Positions 1-9,376 of a stretch of DNA of 54,685 nucleotides are shown piece after piece. Each line of letters starts with the position of its first letter. Positions within the stretch are counted from its first letter, which is position 1. The DNA comes from a virus (taxonomy: Duplodnaviria > Caudoviricetes). The stretch spans positions 1-54,685 of the IMG/VR virus record IMGVR_UViG_3300048599_000773; one strand, 5' to 3'. The notes beneath the pieces are model-generated. The model was not told where the DNA came from. It saw only the letters and a list, made by a program, of their open reading frames with translations, and did no database searches. A program made the position numbers and the translations under genes.

Positions 1-372
1 CTACTTTTTTGAGGAAACATCACCCCGTTCCAATTGCCGCTCATAACACTCAATACTTGTAACCACGGTTTCAACCGTCTTTCGGTTTTCGAGCGATAAC
101 CCCTTGATCTGCCGCAATAACTCCAAATCCTCTGGGGACAAAACTACATAGGAAAGATCGTTTTGATTCGGGCCAATAAGATAATCCACTGAAACCGCGA
201 AGATCTTGGCTAATTCCGTTAATTGTGAATAACCGGGGGCGGACCGGTCGATCTCCCAGTTGGCCAGGGTAGACCGCTTAACTCCTAACCTGGCGGCCAA
301 CTCTTCCTGGGTTAAATCTTTTTTGAGCCGTAATTCTTTGATCCGGCTGCCGACTGTATTCATTAAAACCAC
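1..372 (-). CDS. CI-like XRE-family phage repressor
   Basis: N-terminal HTH_3 (IKELRLKKDLTQEELAARLGVKRSTLANWE); divergent from a small Cro-like gene. Confidence 0.85.
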   Translation of the reverse strand: MVLMNTVGSRIKELRLKKDLTQEELAARLGVKRSTLANWEIDRSAPGYSQLTELAKIFAVSVDYLIGPNQNDLSYVVLSPEDLELLRQIKGLSLENRKTVETVVTSIECYERQLERGDVSSKK

Positions 373-496
373 TCCAATCTAGGTATATTATACCATAAAA
401 TGTGTAATATCGCAACGGTAAAAACCGGACAAACAGCCATCAATTCTATGTTCTAAAATTCAGATAATAGCTTGTAAAATGTATCATTTCTAGTAA

Positions 497-526
497 TTGA
501 CACAAACAAAAAACCCATGATATGAT
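497..526 (+). promoter_or_regulatory. Sigma-A-type promoter of the early lytic (cro) operon
   Basis: TTGACA (497-502), 18-nt spacer, extended -10 TGaTATGAT (518-526); repeated ACACA(A)CAAAA motifs nearby may be operators. Confidence 0.6.
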
Positions 527-573
527 CTTCTTATACACACAACAAAATTACACAAAAAAGGAGGTGAAAGATT

Positions 574-774
574 TTGGTTAAGGATTTGCGTACCATCCGT
601 ATCTCAAAAGGTCTTACCCAGGAGGAACTCGCCAAACTTGCCGGAATCAGCCGATCTACTTACGTACATATCGAACACGGCAAACACCCCTCCCTGCGGT
701 CGGCGATGCGGATCGCCAAAGTTTTGAAACAAAAAGTCGAGGAAATTTTTTTGGCGGAAGTTGTTAATAAATGA
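574..774 (+). CDS. Cro-like XRE HTH protein
   Basis: 66-aa HTH_3 protein; strong RBS AGGAGGTG; divergent from the repressor. Confidence 0.85.
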   Translation: MVKDLRTIRISKGLTQEELAKLAGISRSTYVHIEHGKHPSLRSAMRIAKVLKQKVEEIFLAEVVNK

Positions 775-846
775 CACATTATGTTGTATAATGTAACATT
801 TTATTGGAGATTAACGGAAAGTGCAGGTTTTAAAAGGAGTCGCGCT

Positions 847-1047
847 ATGCCAAAAGTGCTGGTAACTCATGCAAAACGCCAACGGGGAAAGATCATCCCC
901 ATCAGTTACGAACTGGTGGAAACGGAGAATCAGTGCGAAGACCTGGAACGGGTCATCGCCGAGATCTTCCTGGACAAAATGAAACGGGATGGATTCATGG
1001 AAAAACCAAATAACCAAAGCGAGGTTTCCGGCAATGTTACAAAATGA
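847..1047 (+). CDS. Hypothetical early phage protein
   Basis: ATG at 847 after AAGGAG RBS, within ORF 781..1047. Confidence 0.55.
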   Translation: MPKVLVTHAKRQRGKIIPISYELVETENQCEDLERVIAEIFLDKMKRDGFMEKPNNQSEVSGNVTK

Positions 1048-1270
1048 TCAGTATGTTTTCGGGATCATTCATAATAACGGCACTGAAAAAGCGGACCTGG
1101 AGCCCATCGGCAGCGGGACCATCGGAGAGATCGCCCTTTGGTTAAATATCCTACCGGGAACTGCGGCTTTTTTGGCACCCCTTGATAATACCGGATATTT
1201 TGTCCTGCCGGAAACGGAGTTTAAAAAACTACCCCAGGCCAATCGAAACGAGGTGAGTTTATGTTCATGA
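1034..1270 (+). CDS. Hypothetical early phage protein
   Basis: ATG at 1034 after GAGG; overlaps both neighbours as in an operon. Confidence 0.5.
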   Translation: MLQNDQYVFGIIHNNGTEKADLEPIGSGTIGEIALWLNILPGTAAFLAPLDNTGYFVLPETEFKKLPQANRNEVSLCS

Positions 1271-1521
1271 ACCTTTTTAAACGCCCAAAACGAAGCCGGT
1301 TTGAAATCCTAGCGGACAAGCTTTTGGATGAAGTCAAGCAACAGGGCGCGGTGGATGCCAGTCTGGAAATCCGTTGCCACTATAACACCAAGCCGACCGC
1401 GGAGAATATTGTCAATAATCTAATGTACCGCCAATCTCCCGAATACCAACAAAGTGAAAATCATCAATGGGTAAAAGTCACCAGCAGCCGGAAGATCGAA
1501 ATCATGGCCTTTTACAAATAA
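1261..1521 (+). CDS. Hypothetical early phage protein
   Basis: GAGGTGA RBS; 86-aa ORF in operon orientation. Confidence 0.6.
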   Translation: MFMNLFKRPKRSRFEILADKLLDEVKQQGAVDASLEIRCHYNTKPTAENIVNNLMYRQSPEYQQSENHQWVKVTSSRKIEIMAFYK

Positions 1522-1614
1522 ACCACTTCTAAAAAATCATAGAAAGCGCCGGTCGCCTCTTTAGGTTTGGGTGGCTGGCCTTGCCATTGCCTAAAATGAA
1601 AGGCGGCGGAACCC

Positions 1615-2454
1615 ATGCCGAAAAATCTAACGACCATTCCCCATGAAACAAACAGCCGGACCCAGCCGGGACTGCTGGCGATGCGCGGTAAATACAAATC
1701 CGAAGGATACGGCTGGTACTGGATCTTGTCGGAAATGCTACGCAACCAACCCGGATATAAACTGCCATTACAAGAGCATTTCGTTTGGAATGCGATTGTA
1801 TTGGAAACGCAATGCGAACGGATCAAGATTGAAAGTTTTATCCGGGATTGTATTGATGAATTCAAGCTTTTCATCTCCGACGGGGAATATTTTTGGAACA
1901 ATGATCTATTGGTTCAAGCTAAAATTAACGCGGAAAAATCGGAAAAGGCGCGTTATGCCGCTTTTATGCGCTGGCATAGCGAATGCAATGCGGAAGGAAT
2001 GCAAACGCATACCGGATGCAATGCGTCTGGAATGCAACCGCATAGCGAACGCAAAAAGGCCAGCACAAAGCCCAAAAACACCCCTCAAAAACCCCAGACG
2101 GGATCTTTATTTGATCTTAATAATATAGATCTAATAAATACAAGTAATAAAAAAGATCCCCCATCTAAGAAACACTATGCCGAATTCGTCACTTTAACCG
2201 AAGAAGAACATCAAAAATTAGTCACCCAGTTTGGAATGGACGGCGCCAAGGACCGGATCGAGGATCTGAACCTGTGGAAAGGCGCCAAGGGGAAAAAGAC
2301 CGCCTCGGACTATCTGACCATTTTAAACTGGGCGCGCCGGGAGGTGAAAGAACATGGAAAGACTCCAGCAACTACTGGATCGAATCCGCGAACTCCAAAA
2401 AATGAATTCAGTTCCATCGACTTTTCAAAATTTGAATACCACGGACCCCCGTAA
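1615..2454 (+). CDS. Phage replication initiator (DUF4373/Lin1244-like N-terminus)
   Basis: Motif EGYGWYWILSEML; internal iteron repeats; immediately upstream of a DnaC-like gene. Confidence 0.75.
   Translation: MPKNLTTIPHETNSRTQPGLLAMRGKYKSEGYGWYWILSEMLRNQPGYKLPLQEHFVWNAIVLETQCERIKIESFIRDCIDEFKLFISDGEYFWNNDLLVQAKINAEKSEKARYAAFMRWHSECNAEGMQTHTGCNASGMQPHSERKKASTKPKNTPQKPQTGSLFDLNNIDLINTSNKKDPPSKKHYAEFVTLTEEEHQKLVTQFGMDGAKDRIEDLNLWKGAKGKKTASDYLTILNWARREVKEHGKTPATTGSNPRTPKNEFSSIDFSKFEYHGPP
1974..2155. repeat. Putative phage replication origin: 33-bp-period iterons plus AT-rich tract
   Basis: GCATA(G/C)C at 1974, 2007 and 2040, interleaved GAATGCAA repeats, then AT-rich 2105-2155 inside the initiator gene. 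Confidence 0.65.
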
Positions 2455-3145
2455 CGGCTGCCCGGAATGCGGCTATCGCGGATACATCGAAACCGGCTCC
2501 AATACCTTCAGCCGCTGCCGCTGCCGGGAGCAAGGCCGGATCGAAAAACTCTTCGAATGCAGCCGGATCAGTCCAGCGTTCCGAATGAAGAACTTTGACA
2601 ACTTTGAAACTGAAAACCGCCCGGCCACGGTCCAGGCCATGGAAAGAGCCGCCCGGAACTATGCCGACAACTTCGCGGAGCTCAACAAAACCAAGGCCAA
2701 TAACTGGCTGGTACTCTTGGGCGAACCCGGCAGCGGCAAAACCCATCTTAGTTTGGCGGTGGGCAATCAATTAATCAATGAATTGACCCCCGTCCTGTAC
2801 TTCCAGCATGTGGAGGGGATCAGCGAATTAATGACCATCTTGAAAAAAGATGAGGAAAGCATCGGAGAAAAACTTTCAGAGATGAAACGGGCGGAATTTT
2901 TAATCTGGGATGATCTCTTTAAACCCTGGGGCGAAAGCAAACAGCCCAAAAGCTTTGAAATCCGGATCGCCTTTGAAGTGTTGAACTTTCGATATCTTAA
3001 CCTGATGCCGACGGCCATCAATAGCGAACACCTGCCCGATGAACTCCTGATGATTGACCGGGCGATCGGCTCCCGCATCCTGGAACGGAGCAAAGGCCAC
3101 ATGGTAACCGTCAGCGGGATCGAAAACAATTACCGGCTTTTATAA
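2354..3145 (+). CDS. DnaC/IstB-like ATPase (helicase loader)
   Basis: CPEC...CRC zinc motif, Walker A GEPGSGKT, Walker B LIWDDL, SRI motif. Confidence 0.88.
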   Translation: MERLQQLLDRIRELQKMNSVPSTFQNLNTTDPRNGCPECGYRGYIETGSNTFSRCRCREQGRIEKLFECSRISPAFRMKNFDNFETENRPATVQAMERAARNYADNFAELNKTKANNWLVLLGEPGSGKTHLSLAVGNQLINELTPVLYFQHVEGISELMTILKKDEESIGEKLSEMKRAEFLIWDDLFKPWGESKQPKSFEIRIAFEVLNFRYLNLMPTAINSEHLPDELLMIDRAIGSRILERSKGHMVTVSGIENNYRLL

Positions 3146-3168
3146 ACTTTTTGGAAAGGAGGCCAGTG

Positions 3169-3732
3169 ATGATGAAAATGGAAACCTACGCCCGGAAGAT
3201 TATCAACCCCTGGCCGGAACAAAAGCGCCGCGCCTATCTCGCCGCCATCGAATGGGACTTACGAACCTATGAAGCGATGCAAACGGAACTCCGGGAACTT
3301 CAGGCCGATATCGACGAGCTGGCCGCCCCTCCGGCCACCGACATCCGAGGAAATATCTATTCGATACCCCGCAGCCGGCCCGATGAACTGTTCCCGGAAT
3401 ACTTGAGAAGCCACCCGGCCCGGCCCCTCTCCGACCCGACCCCGGATCGGGCAGAACTGATCAGCGAATACCGCGCCCGGGTCCTCTGCGCCACCGAATA
3501 CCGGGAAACCATCCGGCGGCTGAACGCCATCAACCGGCTAATAACTAGATTGGAGCATTCACAAAAGCCGGACGACCGATTAAAATTACAACTCTTAAAG
3601 GCCAAATACTTCGATCAGGATAAATCCGATCAGCAGATCGCCATTGACTTGCATATCTCGGAACGGACTTTCCGCAATTGGAAAAACGGCCTACTGTTAG
3701 AAATCGCCAAACAACTGGGAATGGTGGTCTAA
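3169..3732 (+). CDS. RinA/ArpU-like late transcriptional activator
   Basis: C-terminal sigma-region-4-like HTH (QQIAIDLHISERTFRNWK); last gene before the packaging module; RBS AAGGAGG. Confidence 0.7.
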   Translation: MMKMETYARKIINPWPEQKRRAYLAAIEWDLRTYEAMQTELRELQADIDELAAPPATDIRGNIYSIPRSRPDELFPEYLRSHPARPLSDPTPDRAELISEYRARVLCATEYRETIRRLNAINRLITRLEHSQKPDDRLKLQLLKAKYFDQDKSDQQIAIDLHISERTFRNWKNGLLLEIAKQLGMVV

Positions 3733-3811
3733 ACTTGCCGAATCTTTGCCGCCCAACCGGGCTATTCCGTGGTAAAATAATATTGTAAGATACTATGATA
3801 AATCTTAAATC

Positions 3812-3850
3812 AACCCCGAACAACAGCGGGGTTTTTGTTTTGTCTTTTTC
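3812..3850 (+). terminator. Intrinsic terminator-like hairpin
   Basis: AACCCCG...CGGGGTT followed by T-rich tract. Confidence 0.55.
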
Positions 3851-3852
3851 GG

Positions 3853-3976
3853 AACCCCCAGCCTGATAGTTGAAAACCCAGGCCTACAGGAGTACCGTCA
3901 GCGGGGGAGCTTCCCTGACTAGACTGCCTGACGGAACGGACTGGAGGCCGCACAATCGACCCTCAGGCTGGGGGTT
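3853..3976 (+). ncRNA. Rod-like structured element in the late leader (candidate ncRNA or cis-regulator)
   Basis: Perfect 14-bp outer stem AACCCCCAGCCTGA/TCAGGCTGGGGGTT enclosing nested GGCCT/AGGCC and CCGTCAG/CTGACGG arms. Confidence 0.5.
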
Positions 3977-4009
3977 ATTGGCATCCTTGAACCCAAAGGA
4001 AGTGATCTC

Positions 4010-4549
4010 ATGGGCAAACGGAAGCATGACTGGAACAAACTCAAAATTGAGTACGTCACTGGAGACTTCATGGACCAGCGGACCTTTGCCGCCTATGCCG
4101 GGATTGACTACGGCTACCTGCGGAACATGAGTTGCGCCACCAACCCGAAGAACAATGGCAAGTCCTGGGAAGAAGAAAAGAAAGAATACTTAGAGGAAAG
4201 AGCCACTGAAATCCGAAGCCGGACTCTGGAAATGCAGGCGGAAAAAGAAGCGGATCGGAATACTCAACACCTGATGGCCTGGGATAACTTCTTAAAAGAA
4301 GTCACCCGGATACTGGCCGATTATACCGTCACCATCGGACAAGCCGGAGTCTCCATCTTTGCCCTGGAACGGCTGGCGAATATCATGGACAAGCTCCAAC
4401 GGGGGCAACGTTTAGCCTTGGGACTTGATAAAGAAACCGACGACGGGAAGAACTCTCTGGGCGATCTGGTCCGGGCCATCAAAGAATCCGCCACTTCGGT
4501 TACTTTTACTCCGCAAGAGTTACAGCCGGAAAGTGACCATCCGCCATGA
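4010..4549 (+). CDS. Terminase small subunit (putative)
   Basis: N-terminal DWNKLKIEYVTG HTH-like segment; helical; ATGA overlap with terL. Confidence 0.7.
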   Translation: MGKRKHDWNKLKIEYVTGDFMDQRTFAAYAGIDYGYLRNMSCATNPKNNGKSWEEEKKEYLEERATEIRSRTLEMQAEKEADRNTQHLMAWDNFLKEVTRILADYTVTIGQAGVSIFALERLANIMDKLQRGQRLALGLDKETDDGKNSLGDLVRAIKESATSVTFTPQELQPESDHPP

Positions 4550-5775
4550 TCTGGGGGAAATTCTCGCCGAAACAACTGGCCGCCATTAGCCAATCCAATG
4601 CGCGGCTTAATTTTTTGTGCGGGGCGGTCCGGTCGGGTAAAACCATTGCCGCTAACATTCGGCTGCTGGATATGCTGGAAAATCAGCCGCCGGGAAATGG
4701 CATAATCGTCGGCCATAGCGAACGGACGGCGGATCATAATGTCCTGCAAACCATCCGGGAGATCGTCGGCCCGAAACATTTTCATTATAACCGGGGTTTA
4801 GGCGAAGTAACTATCTGTGGCCGGAAAGTTTTCGTGGTAGGGGCCGCCGATGTCCGGGCCAAAGATCGGATACAGGGCGATACCTTTTCCTTTGCTTACG
4901 TGGACGAGGGAACTTTACTGCCGGAAGATTTTTTTAAAATGTTGCTCTCCCGGCTAAGTATTCCGGGGGCAAAACTGATTCTCACCACCAACCCGGACAG
5001 CCCTTACCACTATCTATATAAGAACTACATTAACAACCCAGAATTGAATAAGAGGGTCTTCAACTTCACCCTGGACGATAACCTAAACCTTGATCCGGTT
5101 TACGTCCGGGAGTTGAAAAAAGAATACGTGCCGGGTTCCCTCTGGTATAAGCGGTATATTGAAGGCTTGTGGGTATTAGCCGCTGGAGTGATTTACAGCC
5201 AATTCGCCGACCGGATGATCGTCGATGAGATTCCGGACCTGCTAACCCACTGGATTGGAATAGACTACGGTACATCCAACGCGACCACCTTTATTCATAC
5301 TGGCGTTGGACCCGATAACCGGCTCTATATCGCCGATGAATATTATCACTCCGGCAGGCAAACGGATGATAACCAACTGGCGACCCAGAAAAGCCCTTCC
5401 CAATATAGCCAGGATTACCGGGACTGGTATAATAACCTAAAAATTGATGCCCGGAAAGTATATATCGACCCTTCCGCCGCCGGGTTTATCACTCAACTTT
5501 GGCATGATGGAGTGAAGAACATTGTTAAAGCCCGGAATGATGTGTTGGAAGGAATAGGGTTACTGAACAGCCTGATCGGAAACGACCTGATCCGGGTTCA
5601 TCGGAGTTGTATTAACACTATTGAAGAACTTTCCACCTACTCCTGGGACCCGAAAGCGCAAATTCTAGGGAAAGACCAGCCATTGAAAATGAATGACCAC
5701 TGCATGGACAATATCCGGTATCAAGTCTATGGGAATAAAGCTTTCTGGCTAACCAAAATTAAAACCGCCGCGTAA
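4546..5775 (+). CDS. terL: Terminase large subunit, PBSX family
   Basis: GAVRSGKT Walker A, YVDEG Walker B, TTNPDSP, GIDYG nuclease motif, DPSA, NDHCMD. Confidence 0.93.
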   Translation: MIWGKFSPKQLAAISQSNARLNFLCGAVRSGKTIAANIRLLDMLENQPPGNGIIVGHSERTADHNVLQTIREIVGPKHFHYNRGLGEVTICGRKVFVVGAADVRAKDRIQGDTFSFAYVDEGTLLPEDFFKMLLSRLSIPGAKLILTTNPDSPYHYLYKNYINNPELNKRVFNFTLDDNLNLDPVYVRELKKEYVPGSLWYKRYIEGLWVLAAGVIYSQFADRMIVDEIPDLLTHWIGIDYGTSNATTFIHTGVGPDNRLYIADEYYHSGRQTDDNQLATQKSPSQYSQDYRDWYNNLKIDARKVYIDPSAAGFITQLWHDGVKNIVKARNDVLEGIGLLNSLIGNDLIRVHRSCINTIEELSTYSWDPKAQILGKDQPLKMNDHCMDNIRYQVYGNKAFWLTKIKTAA

Positions 5776-5790
5776 GGAAGTGAATTTGTA

Positions 5791-7236
5791 ATGATTCCAA
5801 GTTATAACCCCCAGCAAACCTGGCCGCCTGAAGAATGGGGAGCGGTTTATGAACGGTATCGAGAATGGTCGGCCTGGTACTCCGGCGACCCGCTGCAAAT
5901 CAGTGAAGCCCTTTCTGGGAAGGTTTATACTCCCACCGAACAAGGCCGGTTTTGGGCGAAAGAAATTAAAGACGAGCGGAAAGTGATGATTCACGTCCCG
6001 CTGGCCGGAGAATTGGCAACCACCAGTTCTAATTTTTTATTCTCTGAAACCCCGGCGATTACGATTCCGGGACTGACGGCGGAGGATGAGCAAATTAAGA
6101 AAATGCGCCAGTTACTTGATGCCAACGGGTTTTATAACACCATTTTGGAAGCGGCGGAAGTGGCCTCGGCCTTGGGTGGAATCTTTCTAAAAATCAACTG
6201 GGATAAGAAACTGTTTCCCTACCCTATTTTAAATATCGCCCAACCGGATAACGCCTTGCCGGAGTTCAAATTTGGGATGCTGGTGGCGGTGACTTTCTGG
6301 AAAATAATCCGGGATGACGGCGACAAGGTTTACCGGCTGCTGGAACGGCACGAGCGGGGCGCGATTTATACCAAGCTTTACGCCGGGACCACTACCACCT
6401 TGGGAGAGGAAGCGGACTTAAAAACGCTACCGGAAACCGCCGAAGCGGAACCGGTTCGGAATACCGGGTTTAAGGAAGATATTCTGGTTCGATACATACC
6501 CAACATGCTTCCTAACAAAATCTTTCGGGGTTCGGCAATCGGTCAATCGGACTTCGGCGGCGCGGAAGGCTTGATGGATGCCCTGGATGAAGCCTATACC
6601 TCCTGGATACGGGATATCCGGATTGGCGTAGGACGGATTATCACCCCCCGCGACTACCTGCGGGACATTGAAACCGGGAAACCCCGCTTTGACCTGGACC
6701 AGGAGGTTTACGAGCAACTGGATTTCGACCCGAACGATGTTAATGGGACCAACTCCATCAAAAACATTCAGTTTGACATCCGGCACGAAGCTCATCAAAA
6801 AACCACTCTGGATTTAATCTGCCGGATTATCTCTAACGCCGGGTATAGTCCACAATCATTCGGCCTGGGGGTCGGCTCCAGCGTGAATGATTCCGGGTAT
6901 GCGCTCCAAATCAAAGAGAAGAAATCGATAATCACTTCGGCCAAAAAAGCGCGCTACTGGAAAACAGCCCTGGAAGATTTGCTGCAAATGATGTTGAGCA
7001 TTCACACCAAAACCGAGGCAAAGCGGCCTTCCGTTGAAATTAACGATTGTGTCTCCTCCGATCTGGGACAGATCGCCACGACTTTGAATATGCTGAACGC
7101 CGCCCAGGCCATTAGTATCCGGACCAAAGTGAAAATGGTCAACCGGGACTGGACCGAGGAACAGATCGAGGAAGAAGTCAAACGAATCATGGAAGAGCAA
7201 AGAATCATCAAGCCGCCGATATTAACGACGCAGTAA
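5791..7236 (+). CDS. Portal protein (SPP1 gp6/A118-like)
   Basis: 481 aa directly after terL; GQSDF and GYSPQSFG motifs; C-terminal WTEEQIEEEVKRI. Confidence 0.88.
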   Translation: MIPSYNPQQTWPPEEWGAVYERYREWSAWYSGDPLQISEALSGKVYTPTEQGRFWAKEIKDERKVMIHVPLAGELATTSSNFLFSETPAITIPGLTAEDEQIKKMRQLLDANGFYNTILEAAEVASALGGIFLKINWDKKLFPYPILNIAQPDNALPEFKFGMLVAVTFWKIIRDDGDKVYRLLERHERGAIYTKLYAGTTTTLGEEADLKTLPETAEAEPVRNTGFKEDILVRYIPNMLPNKIFRGSAIGQSDFGGAEGLMDALDEAYTSWIRDIRIGVGRIITPRDYLRDIETGKPRFDLDQEVYEQLDFDPNDVNGTNSIKNIQFDIRHEAHQKTTLDLICRIISNAGYSPQSFGLGVGSSVNDSGYALQIKEKKSIITSAKKARYWKTALEDLLQMMLSIHTKTEAKRPSVEINDCVSSDLGQIATTLNMLNAAQAISIRTKVKMVNRDWTEEQIEEEVKRIMEEQRIIKPPILTTQ

Positions 7237-7248
7237 GGACGGACGGCC

Positions 7249-8571
7249 ATGTTATATGGAGAGTTTCTTTACTTAGAAGAACTTTACGACCGGGACCCGC
7301 TCCGGGGTAGCCGGATAATCTCCATACCCGTCAACTTTGAGATCGGAATGGGTGCGTTTATTACCGCTACCTTGTCGGCGGTCATCCCTGACGGGACCAA
7401 GGTGATTATTGAATTCAGCCCGGATAATCAAGCTACATGGACCCGCATCTGGCCGGATGAAAGTTACTACGTTATTTTTGATACTACCGCCGCCGGTAAT
7501 AAACTGCTATATATCCGGCTTCAACTAGAAACAATTGATCGGCAGATTAAGCCGGAAGTTGACCGGCTAACAATTACGGTGGAGCAAATTGCCACCGCCT
7601 ACCGGCTTGCTTATGAAGTCTTTTATGACGCCGGACTAATGCCGAAGGAATACTGGATTGACCCGGAACTGCTGGAGTTTTATATCCCTTACGCCTGGCT
7701 GCGCCGTGGCAGTCACGCTGCCGGGTTGAAACAGGTTTTAAAATTCGTGCTTGGCAATTGCCATTGCGACCGGGGAAATGTTATCCGGATGGAAGGTCCG
7801 GGTTATCCGGTAAATACCGATCCGGTAGCGACTTTGACAACCGCCGATTACCGGGAGAAAAAACCCATTAACCAAAAAATTCGACCGGCGAACGAGGTTA
7901 CGGTTTACGCTAATCCCCTGGTTCCCACCGCACAGTCTGAAGAGGTGTACCGAAATAATGCGGTTACGGCGATTAAAGCCGGTGAAATCAAGGAACTAAA
8001 CGCCTATTTCACCACCTTTTATACCCAAAACCCGGTGGTGAACTGTACGGCAATCCTGGAGGGAGCGCCCGCCGGAGCCATTATTATCAGCCAAACCTAT
8101 TACGCCTGGGGCGGGAAGATTATTGTCTCCAGTACGGTGAACGCCCAATTTACCCTGGTGATTAACGGCTATCCTTTAAAAGTCAAAGGCAGATTGACGG
8201 AGGTATTCAGTGGCCCGGAAACCAGCCTGATGAATACGGACGGGATATTATACGGCGAGTATTTGTATGGGGAAAGGACTTATGAACATCAATCACCTAC
8301 CCATACCGGCGTGGTGATTGGATATACCCTTCCATCGTATCATCTGATTCAAACCAGGGAGATGGCCCGGAAGATCGCTGGAATTCTGCTCGATAAATTT
8401 TCGGAGGCGGCGAACAAACTGGAATTGAAATACCGGGGGAATCCGGCTTTGACCATGGTTGATACCATTGCCCTGGCCGGACTCCGGCAGCTGGGCTTCA
8501 AGAATTACATTTTGAAAACTCATGAACTTATCTTTAATGGCACTTTACAGGGACGAATGGAGGTGAAATAA
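7249..8571 (+). CDS. Tail-tip/baseplate hub-like protein (resembles the C-terminal part), unusually placed after the portal
   Basis: Ends with IQTREMARKIA...YRGNPALTMVD, resembling the RGNP.L...D end of siphophage hub proteins; beta-rich. Confidence 0.5.
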   Translation: MLYGEFLYLEELYDRDPLRGSRIISIPVNFEIGMGAFITATLSAVIPDGTKVIIEFSPDNQATWTRIWPDESYYVIFDTTAAGNKLLYIRLQLETIDRQIKPEVDRLTITVEQIATAYRLAYEVFYDAGLMPKEYWIDPELLEFYIPYAWLRRGSHAAGLKQVLKFVLGNCHCDRGNVIRMEGPGYPVNTDPVATLTTADYREKKPINQKIRPANEVTVYANPLVPTAQSEEVYRNNAVTAIKAGEIKELNAYFTTFYTQNPVVNCTAILEGAPAGAIIISQTYYAWGGKIIVSSTVNAQFTLVINGYPLKVKGRLTEVFSGPETSLMNTDGILYGEYLYGERTYEHQSPTHTGVVIGYTLPSYHLIQTREMARKIAGILLDKFSEAANKLELKYRGNPALTMVDTIALAGLRQLGFKNYILKTHELIFNGTLQGRMEVK

Positions 8572-8662
8572 CAGTAATATGCGCTTTACTGGTGACGTGA
8601 TCCGGTTAAAGTTCTTGAAAAGCTTCAATCACGGAATACGCGAAATGCGGAGGTTGAAAATC

Positions 8663-9322
8663 ATGTTGAACTTATTACCGAGACGGTATGGCCTCCCGGT
8701 ATTCGATAAAGATACCGGCGGCGGAACCGGAGGATTTGACGGCGGAAATGACCAGGAACCCAACGCCGGGGAGAAAGCCAAGAACCAGCCTTTTATTACG
8801 TTTCCTTCCGAAGGCAGCTTCATGGAACGGCTGAAACGGGAGGGACGGGCGCAAGTTAACGAACTCATTAAAGAACTGGGTTTCGAGAAGCTTGATGACT
8901 TAAAGAATCTGGTCAAAAAGCAAAAAGAAACCGAGGATGCCGGTAAAACCGATTTGGAGAAGGCTAGGGAACAAAACCGGAACTTGCAGGCGGAAAATCA
9001 GCGGATTAAAAACGATGCCGAGTCTGTTTTAAAACAAGCCGCGTTAATGCTCCAGGCTACTCAGGCCAATATCAAACCGGATCGGATGAAAGCTTTTTTG
9101 AAGCTGATTGATATCTCAAACATTACGGTAACCGATGGCATTGTTGATGAAGTTTCCGCCAAAACTGCCGTGGAAAATGTCTTAAAGGAGTTCCCGGAAT
9201 TCCTGGGGAAAGCCGAGAGCGAACCTACCGGTGGAGAGGACTTCAGCGGCGGAGGCGGGGGTAAAGACCTGGGGAATCTCTCCATGGCTGATTATATCAA
9301 AGCCCGGCAGGGGCAGAAATAA
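8663..9322 (+). CDS. Capsid scaffolding protein
   Basis: GGAGG RBS before ATG 8663; Gly/Asp-rich N-terminus, coiled coil, KTDLEKA and ...SMADYIKAR end; upstream of the capsid gene. Confidence 0.8.
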   Translation: MLNLLPRRYGLPVFDKDTGGGTGGFDGGNDQEPNAGEKAKNQPFITFPSEGSFMERLKREGRAQVNELIKELGFEKLDDLKNLVKKQKETEDAGKTDLEKAREQNRNLQAENQRIKNDAESVLKQAALMLQATQANIKPDRMKAFLKLIDISNITVTDGIVDEVSAKTAVENVLKEFPEFLGKAESEPTGGEDFSGGGGGKDLGNLSMADYIKARQGQK

Positions 9323-9376
9323 CGAAAAGGACGGACCAAAAACGGCTCCGGCCTTTATTTTTAGGAGGTTGTAACC

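Noticed and set aside
3870-4130. 86-aa ORF upstream of terS
   Set aside because: No RBS; it overlaps the structured element and terS out of frame.
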